From: Desulfatiglandales bacterium
GTDB lineage: Bacteria; Desulfobacterota; DSM-4660; Desulfatiglandales; Desulfatiglandaceae
Reading direction: 5' to 3'
NCBI GenBank assembly: GCA_963666345.1
Contig: OY762721.1
Location: 32,001-96,000, forward strand
Length of the DNA stretch: 64,000 nt
Shown here: positions 9,667 through 18,453 of the stretch, in pieces
Layout: the number at the start of each line of letters is the position of its first letter
Position numbering within the stretch: position 1 is the first letter of the stretch
Notes under the pieces: generated by a model
What the model saw: only the letters and a program-made list of their open reading frames with translations
What the model was told of the DNA's origin: nothing
Database searches by the model: none
Translations under genes and position numbers: made by a program

Positions 9667-10884
9667 TTAAATCCTCCTCTTCCCCTCTCTTACGAACCCT
9701 ATAAGGAGAAGACAGATAAACCCTATGATGGTGAGTGAGATCCATGCCCATGTGTAGGACCCTGTGGTATCCACGATATATCCAAATACAGGCGGACCGA
9801 TGGCGGAGCCTGATATCCCGACCATTCCACCAAGGCCAACCGCCTTTCCCGCTCCGCGTTTTCCTCCGAATTCAGCCAACAGGGTTAACCATATTCCGCC
9901 GAAGGCTATGCCTCCGAAGCCGAATAGTATTAGGACAGGGTAAAGCCCCCAGGACAGATATGATCCTGCGAAGGCAAGCAGAGCGCACATGAGGGTCACT
10001 GTTCCCGCCATGAGAAAAAGCACCTGCTTTCTTTTTCCATTAAAAATCCTGTCGCTTATGATTCCGCTGCATGGTCTGGCTATTGCACCGGAGATTTCCG
10101 TAATTGCAAGAAGACCCCCTGCCGCTATTACACCGAACATGAGAACCTCTGTAAGATAGAGCACAAGGTGTGCAATCATGGCCATTTCGATCCAGGTAAA
10201 ACAGAGCCCGCAGAGGGCGGTAAGCCAGATCTCTCTGCTCTTGAGGATCTCAGAAAGGGGAAGAGCGTTTCTGGACGGTTTTTGCTCCGGCCTAACAGGG
10301 TCTAATTGAGGTTCTCTGTAAAGAATAAGGGCCAAGGTGCCGATGACCGCGGCCAGTATGCCCAGGAAAAGAAAACCGTAACGCCAGCCGAGAGCCAGCG
10401 CAATAGCCGGTAGAGTAGCGGCACTTACGATTCCGCCTATATTTACCGCAGTCTGCTTAAGGCCCATTACCGTCGCCCTTTCCCGCATGGGGAACCATGA
10501 TATTACCGCCTGTGTGGTGGAAGGCATAAGAAAACCGCATCCAAATCCTGTTACGAACATCAGAGCCAGAAGCCAGGTGTAAGAGGGGACGAAAAAAAGC
10601 ATTATCATGCAGGCCCCGGCAATGAATTCACCGGCCACGATAGGCCAGCGAGCGCCGATTTTATCTACAATCCAGCCGGTGGGGAATATGCTTACAAGAT
10701 AACCGAATGAGGCGGCAGACATGACGAGACCTACCTGGGTGCTTGACGCGGAAAGGTCCTCTTTGAAAAAAGGGCCCAGAGGGCCAACGCTCAGCCTGTG
10801 AAGAAATACGACTACATAAGTGGCCCAGAGTACACCGAGTATGATCCACCTGTAACTGTCGGCGCTCTCCGCCTTGTTTTCCAT
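9667..10884 (-). CDS. MFS transporter
   Basis: About 12 hydrophobic segments; GWIVDKIGAR motif A; WFPMRERAT. Confidence 0.9.
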   Translation of the reverse strand: MENKAESADSYRWIILGVLWATYVVVFLHRLSVGPLGPFFKEDLSASSTQVGLVMSAASFGYLVSIFPTGWIVDKIGARWPIVAGEFIAGACMIMLFFVPSYTWLLALMFVTGFGCGFLMPSTTQAVISWFPMRERATVMGLKQTAVNIGGIVSAATLPAIALALGWRYGFLFLGILAAVIGTLALILYREPQLDPVRPEQKPSRNALPLSEILKSREIWLTALCGLCFTWIEMAMIAHLVLYLTEVLMFGVIAAGGLLAITEISGAIARPCSGIISDRIFNGKRKQVLFLMAGTVTLMCALLAFAGSYLSWGLYPVLILFGFGGIAFGGIWLTLLAEFGGKRGAGKAVGLGGMVGISGSAIGPPVFGYIVDTTGSYTWAWISLTIIGFICLLLIGFVREGKRRI

Positions 10885-11213
10885 GCCGCCCCCTTGATTA
10901 TATAGATGGTTCTTCCAAAAAAAAGAATCCTAGGAAAGGGTTTCAGAAAACAGGATCCAGTATGTTTTGCTATGTAAGGCCTGTTTCTGAAAGCCAGGCT
11001 GGAAGATATGGTGCTACCTTATTGGATCGGGAAAAGTGCCTATGGCGCGCTAATCAGTATCCCTTAAACTCCCGCATTATAGATATTTCAGCTCACTCCT
11101 TTAGGCATCTTTAGCCCCGGAATGACACTCCGGACCCTTTTAAGTGCACAAAAAGCTCCGTGCCCTGATCCGGTTCCCTAATGTATGTCCGCAGTTTGAT
11201 TGCCACTAATAAT

Positions 11214-11753
11214 CTAGATCAAGTCTTTCCGGTCGAGTCGTTGCAGATTGGATTTATAGTCCCTTGCAAGGTCGCGATACATCTTTTTGGCCCAGATCCA
11301 GTATTCCTTATGCTTTTGGGTAACCTCCCCTATGCTGACAGCAGGTATTCCCGCGACAATGGTGCCGGGCTCTACAGATTTTCCCGTTGGGACAACGGCT
11401 CCCTCAGCGACAATAGACCATTCGCCTATGACAGATTGCCTGCCAACGACAGCGCCCATTCCGACCACGGCGAAATCTCCAAGAGAATCACCATGAACAA
11501 TGGCACCGTGACCGAGTGTCACCTGTTTGCCAAGTGAATAGAGCGCACCCACCCTTGCATGAATTACTGCGTTTTCTTCTATTGCCGACCCAAAGCCTAT
11601 TCGTATTTTTCCATAATCTGCCCTTATTATCGCCCCATGTCCTACATAACAGCCTTCACCCAGAATCACGTCTCCTATTACCCTGGCAGAATCGCTTATA
11701 TAGCAGTGTTCGCCGATCTGGGGAACCGCATCCTTATATCTGTAGATCGCCAT
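11214..11753 (-). CDS. Gamma-carbonic anhydrase family (hexapeptide repeat, PaaY/CaiE/YrdA-like) protein
   Basis: SARVIGDVILG, IRADYGKIRIG, VIH and GHGAIVH His ligands. Start re-set to MAIYRY at 11753. Confidence 0.88.
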   Translation of the reverse strand: MAIYRYKDAVPQIGEHCYISDSARVIGDVILGEGCYVGHGAIIRADYGKIRIGFGSAIEENAVIHARVGALYSLGKQVTLGHGAIVHGDSLGDFAVVGMGAVVGRQSVIGEWSIVAEGAVVPTGKSVEPGTIVAGIPAVSIGEVTQKHKEYWIWAKKMYRDLARDYKSNLQRLDRKDLI

Positions 11754-12031
11754 GCTTCCTCTCTCTGGGTTGCTTGGGGTTTTTGTGTAATTTATTTTGA
11801 TGATCAGGGTTAAAACGCAAAGATAAACAGGAATTAATCTAAATAGCTCAGGAAGAATAAAATATACCCTGATACCTGTCAAGCACGGATGCATTTAAGG
11901 CAGTTTTCTCAGACTTTGACGGATAAAGATTGGTTATCTGCAATTTGTCATGTTGAACTTGGAGAGCATATGAAATGATGAGTTTATGGCAGGGAAAGCA
12001 TTAAACTTCCCCTGACATATTAGTGGCTGTC

Positions 12032-13381
12032 TTAAGCGACAAGAACAATACGCAGATCCATTACGTTAGTGTTTGTGGGTCCTGTGATAAGCAGGTCGTT
12101 TATTTTTTCAAAGAAGTGGTATGAATCATTTTGGCCCAGAAAGGCGATAGCGTCCGCTCCCGCGGCAGTTCCTCGCGAAATTGTGGTCGGATCCACTATT
12201 GCGCCCGCTGCATCAGTGGGGCCGTCGTTTCCGTCTGTTCCGCCGCTTAAGATAACTACCCGTTCAGGTAGGTCCTTAATATCGATGGCGGCTGCAAGAC
12301 AGAATTCCTGATTTCTTCCGCCCAGGCCTTTTCCTTTTATGGTAACCGTGGTTTCTCCACCGGAAATAATACAGGCGGGAGTCGGAACAGGCCTTCCGCT
12401 AGATATAAGCTCCTTTGCTATGCCGGCATGCACCATTGCCACATCCCTTGTTTCGCCCTCTATCATTGAAGAAAGGATAAGGGTGTTGTAACCCAGCTCG
12501 CGAGCCTTTTTTTCCGCAGACTCACACGCCAGGATATTGCTCCCGACAATTATATTATGGACTTTTTCAAAGATCGGATCTTCGGCCTTAGGTGTCTCCT
12601 CGATCTTGCCGTGCACACCTGCCTGTATGTGCGATACTATGTCAGGAGGCAGGTCTTTCAGGCCATATTTTTCAAATATGGCCTGAACATCTCCGTAAGT
12701 GGATCCGTCAGGCGTGAAGGGTCCTGAGGCTATTACGTCCTGTTTGTCGCCAACAACATCTGAGAGCATAAGGTTGACAGTGGTGGCCGGATAGGCCGCC
12801 CTTGCCATCTGCCCCCCCTTTGAGGAAGAAATGTGTTTTCTTACCGCATTTATCTCATCTATTACCGCCCCGCATTCAAGAAGCTTCTGTGTCACGGTCT
12901 GTTTCTCTGAAAGTGTGACATTTCCTGCAGGGCTTGGTAACAGTGCCGAACCCCCTCCCGATATAACCGAAAAGATCAGGTCTCTTTCCCCCGCCTTTTC
13001 AAGGATGTCAAGAATCATCTCTGTGCCTTTGACCCCCTGTTCTCCAGGAACAGGATGCTCAGCCTCGATAAGCTCTGTAAAACGCAAATCCTCGGTAAAA
13101 CCGAATTTTACGTTCACGAGTCCTCTTGTTACTCTATCGCCAAAAATTTCCTCAATGGCGCGGGCCATGGGAGAGCTCGCCTTGCCTCCTCCAACGATAA
13201 AGATTCTGTCGAAGTCTTTGAGGTTGATTGATTCCACGGAATTATCGGAAGTACCAAGGTAAAGCTTGTCTCCCTCAATATTTACAAAGCGTTTTACAGC
13301 CTCATAAGGGTTTACCGGTTTAAGAGAGTGAAGAAAGATCTCTTTTGCATCATCTTTGAGCTGTTCTATGTTTTTTTTCAC
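12032..13381 (-). CDS. Glycerate 2-kinase (MOFRL/TtuD family)
   Basis: GGGKAS, ISGGGSAL, SDVVGD, GGETTV, GGRNQE, GTDGNDGPT and TGPTNTNVMD motifs. Confidence 0.93.
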   Translation of the reverse strand: MKKNIEQLKDDAKEIFLHSLKPVNPYEAVKRFVNIEGDKLYLGTSDNSVESINLKDFDRIFIVGGGKASSPMARAIEEIFGDRVTRGLVNVKFGFTEDLRFTELIEAEHPVPGEQGVKGTEMILDILEKAGERDLIFSVISGGGSALLPSPAGNVTLSEKQTVTQKLLECGAVIDEINAVRKHISSSKGGQMARAAYPATTVNLMLSDVVGDKQDVIASGPFTPDGSTYGDVQAIFEKYGLKDLPPDIVSHIQAGVHGKIEETPKAEDPIFEKVHNIIVGSNILACESAEKKARELGYNTLILSSMIEGETRDVAMVHAGIAKELISSGRPVPTPACIISGGETTVTIKGKGLGGRNQEFCLAAAIDIKDLPERVVILSGGTDGNDGPTDAAGAIVDPTTISRGTAAGADAIAFLGQNDSYHFFEKINDLLITGPTNTNVMDLRIVLVA

Positions 13382-13623
13382 GCGTTTGCCTCCAGGTCAT
13401 GATTTTGGACTCCATAGGTCTAAATAACACAGCAATGGCCTCTTTGCAACTTGCAGAAAGGTTCTTGAATCCTATTTCAGTCCGAATCTGGAATAAAAAA
13501 ATCAGGGGAAAAATCATTGTTTGACCAGTTGTCGATTTTCAAGTAGAAGGTTAACCGAGTAATTGGTAAATTTATTCTGGAACAATATTTGAAAATTTAA
13601 ATTTTTGGCTTGAGGAATTAAAA

Positions 13624-14547
13624 TTGATTGTTTTGAACAGTATTTTTCCCGTATTCATGATTATCTGTATGGGGAGAATTTTAAAAAGATTTCACCTGAC
13701 AACCGATGAATATCTAAGAATATCTGACAGACTCATTTACTACGCCTTTTTCCCAGCAATGATGTTTTGGAAAATAGGTGCGCCAAGCACCTCTGTTTCT
13801 TTCAACTGGCCTCTGATATTGGCATCACTGGCAACCGTCCTCACGATATATATTTTGAGCCTGACCTACATCAGAGTGGCAAAAGTTGCCGCATTTGAAA
13901 CAGGAACCTTCTCGCAGTGCAGCTACCGTTTCAATACCTATGTGGGTATGGCTGTTATTCTCACGGCTCTCGGGGATCACTCTGTGAGAGAATTTTCAAT
14001 CATGATAGGACTAACAATACCATTTATAAATATTCTGGCTGTTTCAACCCTGATCTGGTTTTCAGGCGATGCCAAAAGAGGGGCGGATAGGATAAGGCTT
14101 ATCATAAAGGAGGCTCTTTCAAATCCTTTGGTTATCGGATGTTTTGCGGGTATTATTTACTCCAGAATCAAGATGCCATTTCCTCTTTTTATGGAAAACA
14201 GCTTTAAAATGATCTCCCTGATGACACTTCCTCTTGCGCTTATTTCAGTGGGGGGCGCGCTCAAACCTTCGAGATTCAAACGGTATTTTAAAAATGCATT
14301 TGTCTCAAGTTTTTTCAAGCTGGCCCTGCTTCCCCTGGTGGGTTATGTTTTTCTGAAAATTGCAGGTGTTGACGATGATTCCTTGAAGGTGGGAATGATA
14401 TTTTTCGCACTCCCCACTTCCACTGCAACTTACATCCTGTCTTCCCAGTTACATAGTGATACAGAGCTGGCCTCGACATCGATATTTCTGTCTACCCTGT
14501 TTTCCGCTTTATCCCTTTCAATTGTTATTTATTTATTTGCGTCATGA
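13624..14547 (+). CDS. AEC-family (auxin efflux carrier-like) transporter
   Basis: About 10 TM segments; RFNTYVG, NPLVIG and ALPTSTATY motifs. Confidence 0.88.
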   Translation: MIVLNSIFPVFMIICMGRILKRFHLTTDEYLRISDRLIYYAFFPAMMFWKIGAPSTSVSFNWPLILASLATVLTIYILSLTYIRVAKVAAFETGTFSQCSYRFNTYVGMAVILTALGDHSVREFSIMIGLTIPFINILAVSTLIWFSGDAKRGADRIRLIIKEALSNPLVIGCFAGIIYSRIKMPFPLFMENSFKMISLMTLPLALISVGGALKPSRFKRYFKNAFVSSFFKLALLPLVGYVFLKIAGVDDDSLKVGMIFFALPTSTATYILSSQLHSDTELASTSIFLSTLFSALSLSIVIYLFAS

Positions 14548-14931
14548 GATATTCCAATTATAACCAATTTTTGGCAGTTGAATCATTCGGGTAAATCAGG
14601 CGCTCCTGCTGCGTGACGGTGGAAACTTTGAAAAAAGCCTTGATTACAGATGAAATGGCGTGAAAAGTGATGGACGTATCTGAGGCCAGTCTTCGATATT
14701 TATGAGGTAACCATCCTATTTAATTGAAATAAGAAACGCCTTGTGATATAAAAAAATCATTATGGATACTTGAAGATTTATCGATCTTAGGGCATCCAGA
14801 CATGATAGAGAGAATGTATAGATTAGCTGCTGGATTGTTGTTACCTCGATTCAAAGCGATGATCGTCTGATAAATGAATCTTGTTAAGAAGATCAATTTA
14901 AAAACTCACAATTTGATCGGAGGAGAAGGCA

Positions 14932-15423
14932 ATGCCTGAGGGTAGTCTTATTAAAGGAAAAAGGATTCTTATCGTTGATGACGAACCAGATGTGCTTGAG
15001 ACGTTGGAGGAACTTCTCGATAAGTGTGAACTGGTAAAGGCTGCAAGTTTCGATGAAGCCAAGGCTTTTCTCGAGAAGGAATATTTCGATATCGCCATCC
15101 TTGATATAATGGGTGTTAACGGGTACAGGCTTCTTGAAATGGCAAATGAAAGAGAAATTATAGCTGTAATGCTGACCGCACATGCGTTGAGTCCTGAAAA
15201 TGCGGTTAAATCATTTAAAGAGGGTGCCGCCTCATATGTGCCCAAAGATGAGATAGTTAATATAGAAACCTTTTTGGAAGATATACTGGATGCCAAACAG
15301 AAGGGAAAAAATCTCTGGTGGCGGTGGCTCGACAGGCTGGGAAACACCTACTTTGTAAACAAATTCGGCCCCAACTGGCAGGATACAGACAAGGAATTCT
15401 GGAAAAAGTTCAACTATCTCTGA
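14932..15423 (+). CDS. Response regulator (receiver domain with Trp-rich C-terminal tail)
   Basis: ILIVDDEPD, ILDIMG, MLTAH and YVPK receiver motifs; GGAGA SD. Confidence 0.9.
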   Translation: MPEGSLIKGKRILIVDDEPDVLETLEELLDKCELVKAASFDEAKAFLEKEYFDIAILDIMGVNGYRLLEMANEREIIAVMLTAHALSPENAVKSFKEGAASYVPKDEIVNIETFLEDILDAKQKGKNLWWRWLDRLGNTYFVNKFGPNWQDTDKEFWKKFNYL

Positions 15424-15510
15424 TATCTTATGCATTTTTAATGCGGGAGATTTCGTCACGGGCATCCTTGCCCGAGACGCCAGCTTCTAATCGAATCGGG
15501 GACATCATAA

Positions 15511-16008
15511 ATGAAATGTGCGGTTTGCGGAGATGAGTTTGAAGGCATTGACAAATGCCCCCACTGCGGTGCTTTTGTTGTTGAAAAACTGATAAGGTCC
15601 CATCTGTTTGACCTCGAATATTTGGCAGGAATTCTTGACAAGCTTGGTTACAGGGTCGAGCTTTCCCCGGCAGACGATAAGGGATTATACGCCAATCATG
15701 AGGAAAGGGCTAACCTTCTCGTAAATATCGACCGGGATATAGGCATAATAATGATCAGAACCCCCTGGAAGATGCAGGGGCCGGAGAATGGATCGGAAAG
15801 GGAAATGTATGAGGCTGTCAACAGGGCCAATGGTTTGACAAGGCTAAGCACGTTTTATCTGGACGAAGGAATGAAAAGCCTTATGGTTTATACCCACATA
15901 ACCCTCGGAGAAATGATTTCAGAAGAGGTCATTTGTGATTTCCTCGAAGAGTATGACCGTGAGATGGTATTTGCAATGGGTGAATCCGGCCTTTTGAAAT
16001 ATGGTTGA
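15511..16008 (+). CDS. Zinc-ribbon plus YbjN-like domain protein
   Basis: N-terminal CAVC...CPHC; the remainder (EAVNRANGLTRLSTFYLD) resembles YbjN / T3SS-chaperone-like folds. Confidence 0.6.
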   Translation: MKCAVCGDEFEGIDKCPHCGAFVVEKLIRSHLFDLEYLAGILDKLGYRVELSPADDKGLYANHEERANLLVNIDRDIGIIMIRTPWKMQGPENGSEREMYEAVNRANGLTRLSTFYLDEGMKSLMVYTHITLGEMISEEVICDFLEEYDREMVFAMGESGLLKYG

Positions 16009-16185
16009 AAAAATGAGTTTTCCATCCACAGAACTTTGATCCCTCCGATAGCCTAATCACGTTAATGGTTGATTAACGTTATTCCATGAAATCTGTCTGA
16101 AAAACCTTTATCCGCTGTCTCAAAGACCCTATAACCGTTACAAGGCAGGCGAGAAGTAAAGGCCGTAGAAAAAATCTTAAACAGC

Positions 16186-16512
16186 CTATGCCTCTGATTT
16201 GTCAATCAATCGAAGACCGACCATAAAGTGGTTTTTGAAACGATTATCCGATGCCTCTGTTATATGGACCAGCTGCGTGTCGAACTCATTTATTCCATAT
16301 TTCGAATCAGTCGGATAATATTTCATGGCGTAGGATTCACCTACCTTTAGAAATTTTAGGATCTCCGAGTCTCTGCCTATGATAATGCAGACGCCGTTTT
16401 TCGAGATATTCCATATCTTGAACTGATAAGACATGCCAAGTCCGGGGGGCGACAATTCAACACTGTAAAAGCGGTTAATTATCGATCTGGGTTCGGCTCT
16501 TCTCTCTTCCAA
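16186..16512 (-). CDS. PilZ-domain protein
   Basis: ERRAEPR (RxxxR) and NISKNG (D/NxSxxG) c-di-GMP-binding motifs. Confidence 0.8.
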   Translation of the reverse strand: MEERRAEPRSIINRFYSVELSPPGLGMSYQFKIWNISKNGVCIIIGRDSEILKFLKVGESYAMKYYPTDSKYGINEFDTQLVHITEASDNRFKNHFMVGLRLIDKSEA

Positions 16513-16750
16513 AATAATCCGTCCCGTTTGGGTTTCCAGCCATAAGCAGGTTGTGTAAATCTTAAGACACTCTGTTTCCTTTATAAGGAAGCAAGGTGAT
16601 TTAATGTTTACCTTATTAATGCGTTGTTTTCAATCAGAAAGAGTTCCTGTTACGCGCGTGAACAATAGTCATGAGTTTTTCGAATGTGATGTTTACTTTT
16701 TTCTTGAAATATCATTTGAGATGTTTTAGCCCTATATAAAATTAGATATC

Positions 16751-16804
16751 GCAAGTTATGTTCAGGCAGATGGCCATCCCGACTTGCAGGGGTGGCCATT
16801 TTTT
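16751..16804 (+). ncRNA. Candidate HMP-PP (thiS motif) riboswitch with terminator-embedded aptamer
   Basis: Terminator ATGGCCATCCC/GGGGTGGCCAT plus a T-run immediately before the SD. 5' GCAAGTT (16751-57) is complementary to loop GACTTGC (16781-87). The core ATGTTCAGGCA..GGCCATCCCGAC resembles the thiS consensus as I recall it. Confidence 0.6.
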
Positions 16805-16821
16805 ATGGAAAGGGGTCGGTA

Positions 16822-18453
16822 ATGACAGTAAGACTCGCTGTAATATTTGGATACTTTATGGTTCTTCTTTCAATCGGCTTTCTTACCAGGACAAGATGGA
16901 AAGCCACGCCTGATGAGTATTTCCTGGCAGGAAGAAGACTTGCAGGGTTTCTGCTGCTGGGTACCATGGCCGCCACCAATTTTTCGGCCTTTACCGTATT
17001 CGGAGCGTCAGGGGCCGGGTACAGGCACGGCTACGCCTTTTTTCCGATCGTTGGTTTCGGTACCGGGTTCATGGCGCTGACATTCTGGCTGATCGGAAAA
17101 AAGGCCAGGGAACTGGGAAAGGCAAATGCCCTTATCACTCCGGCTGAGCTGGTTGGGAATCTCTACTCAAACAGGTCTCTTTCCCTTGTTTTTTCAATCG
17201 TCATGATAATATTCACCATCCCCTACATAGCGCTTCAACCGATTGCAGGCGGGTATGTGCTTAACAGACTTTTTGATCTGCCTCAGGCGGCTGGTGCCTG
17301 CCTTGTAACTTTAATAATCGTAATATACACATTCAGGGGAGGGCTAAGGGCGGTTGCATGGACCGATATGTTCCAGGGTTCTTTGATGGTTGTCCTTCTG
17401 ATCGTTGCCTTTTTTCTGGTTTCAAGCCATCATGGAGGCCTGGGAAAGGCAAACGAAACGCTGCGTCTGGCAAATCCCGCTCTTCTTTCAAGACCGGGGG
17501 GGGTGGGGGCATTCGGTCCTGCCATGTGGTTCAGCTATCTCATGCTCTGGTTTTTCTGCGATCCGATGTTCCCGCAGCTATTCCAGCGCTTTTTCAGCGC
17601 GAGAAGTGAAAAAGCGCTAGCCAGGACCATGCTCTTTTATCCCTTTGTATGCACGCTTGTGTTCCTGCTGCCCGTAAGCCTGGGCGTAATGGGGACACTC
17701 ACCTTTCCAGGTCTTTCCGGTAAGGAGGCTGATCAGATCCTTCCGATCCTGTTGACCGAGATCTGCGGGGATTTCATGGGGACACTTATCATGTCCGCCG
17801 GTCTAGCAGCTCTTATGTCAACCATGGATTCTCAACTATTGACCCTCAGCTCAATTTTTACAAGGGACATATATCCTGCCGTCACAGGGCAGAAAGTAAA
17901 AAGCGCGATGCCCGGGAAGATTTTCGTCTTGGTCCTTGCAGGTCTGGGAGTCCTTATGGCGATAAATCCTCCCGGTACGATCCTGAAGATCGCCACTCAG
18001 ACATTCACCGGGCTTGCGGTGCTTTTCCCTACCGTGCTGATGGGACTATACACCAGAAGACCTGACCCGGTTGCGGCTATAACGTCCATTATTTCCGGAG
18101 AGGCGCTTGTGCTGCTTTCCTATGTGGGAAAATTTCCATCTGGAGGCTTTCTTCCGGCGGTCCCGATAATAGTGCTGGCCTTCGCGGTTTACTTCGTTGT
18201 GTCTTTTACACGCGGAAAGGGGGGTGTCGGTATCCTGCTTCCATCGAGGAGGACAATGCTGTTTTCCTTGCTTTTTCTGTCTCTGTTCGTCCTGGCAATA
18301 GACTGGTGGTGGTGGAACGATTCCGCCTCTTATCTGTGGGGATTTCCCTTTTGGGTAATATACTTTATTATTCTTTCGGCCATACAGACACTGCTTATGA
18401 GATGGTGGCTGAAAAGTGGCAGGCCACACCCCTTTGATCCGCCTGTTTCATAA
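16822..18453 (+). CDS. Sodium:solute symporter (SSS, PanF/PutP-like) with fused C-terminal small membrane domain
   Basis: EYFLAGR, ATNFSAFT, GGLRAVAWTD, PQLFQRF and AALMSTMDSQLL motifs. ATG 16822 follows GGAAAGGGG; the upstream GTG at 16792 lies inside the terminator. Confidence 0.9.
   Translation: MTVRLAVIFGYFMVLLSIGFLTRTRWKATPDEYFLAGRRLAGFLLLGTMAATNFSAFTVFGASGAGYRHGYAFFPIVGFGTGFMALTFWLIGKKARELGKANALITPAELVGNLYSNRSLSLVFSIVMIIFTIPYIALQPIAGGYVLNRLFDLPQAAGACLVTLIIVIYTFRGGLRAVAWTDMFQGSLMVVLLIVAFFLVSSHHGGLGKANETLRLANPALLSRPGGVGAFGPAMWFSYLMLWFFCDPMFPQLFQRFFSARSEKALARTMLFYPFVCTLVFLLPVSLGVMGTLTFPGLSGKEADQILPILLTEICGDFMGTLIMSAGLAALMSTMDSQLLTLSSIFTRDIYPAVTGQKVKSAMPGKIFVLVLAGLGVLMAINPPGTILKIATQTFTGLAVLFPTVLMGLYTRRPDPVAAITSIISGEALVLLSYVGKFPSGGFLPAVPIIVLAFAVYFVVSFTRGKGGVGILLPSRRTMLFSLLFLSLFVLAIDWWWWNDSASYLWGFPFWVIYFIILSAIQTLLMRWWLKSGRPHPFDPPVS

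Noticed and set aside
11023..11041. 19-mer TGGATCGGGAAAAGTGCCT recurring with one mismatch at 57046-57064
   Set aside because: There are only two copies, it is not palindromic, and the flanking genes are unrelated. A match of this quality is not clearly beyond chance in 64 kb; a genome-wide count would be needed.
10941..11210. Possible ncRNA or riboswitch in the gap upstream of the MFS gene (inverted repeat TTTCAGAAAACAGG/CCTGTTTCTGAAA and small hairpins)
   Set aside because: No recognisable consensus on either strand; hairpins alone are insufficient evidence.
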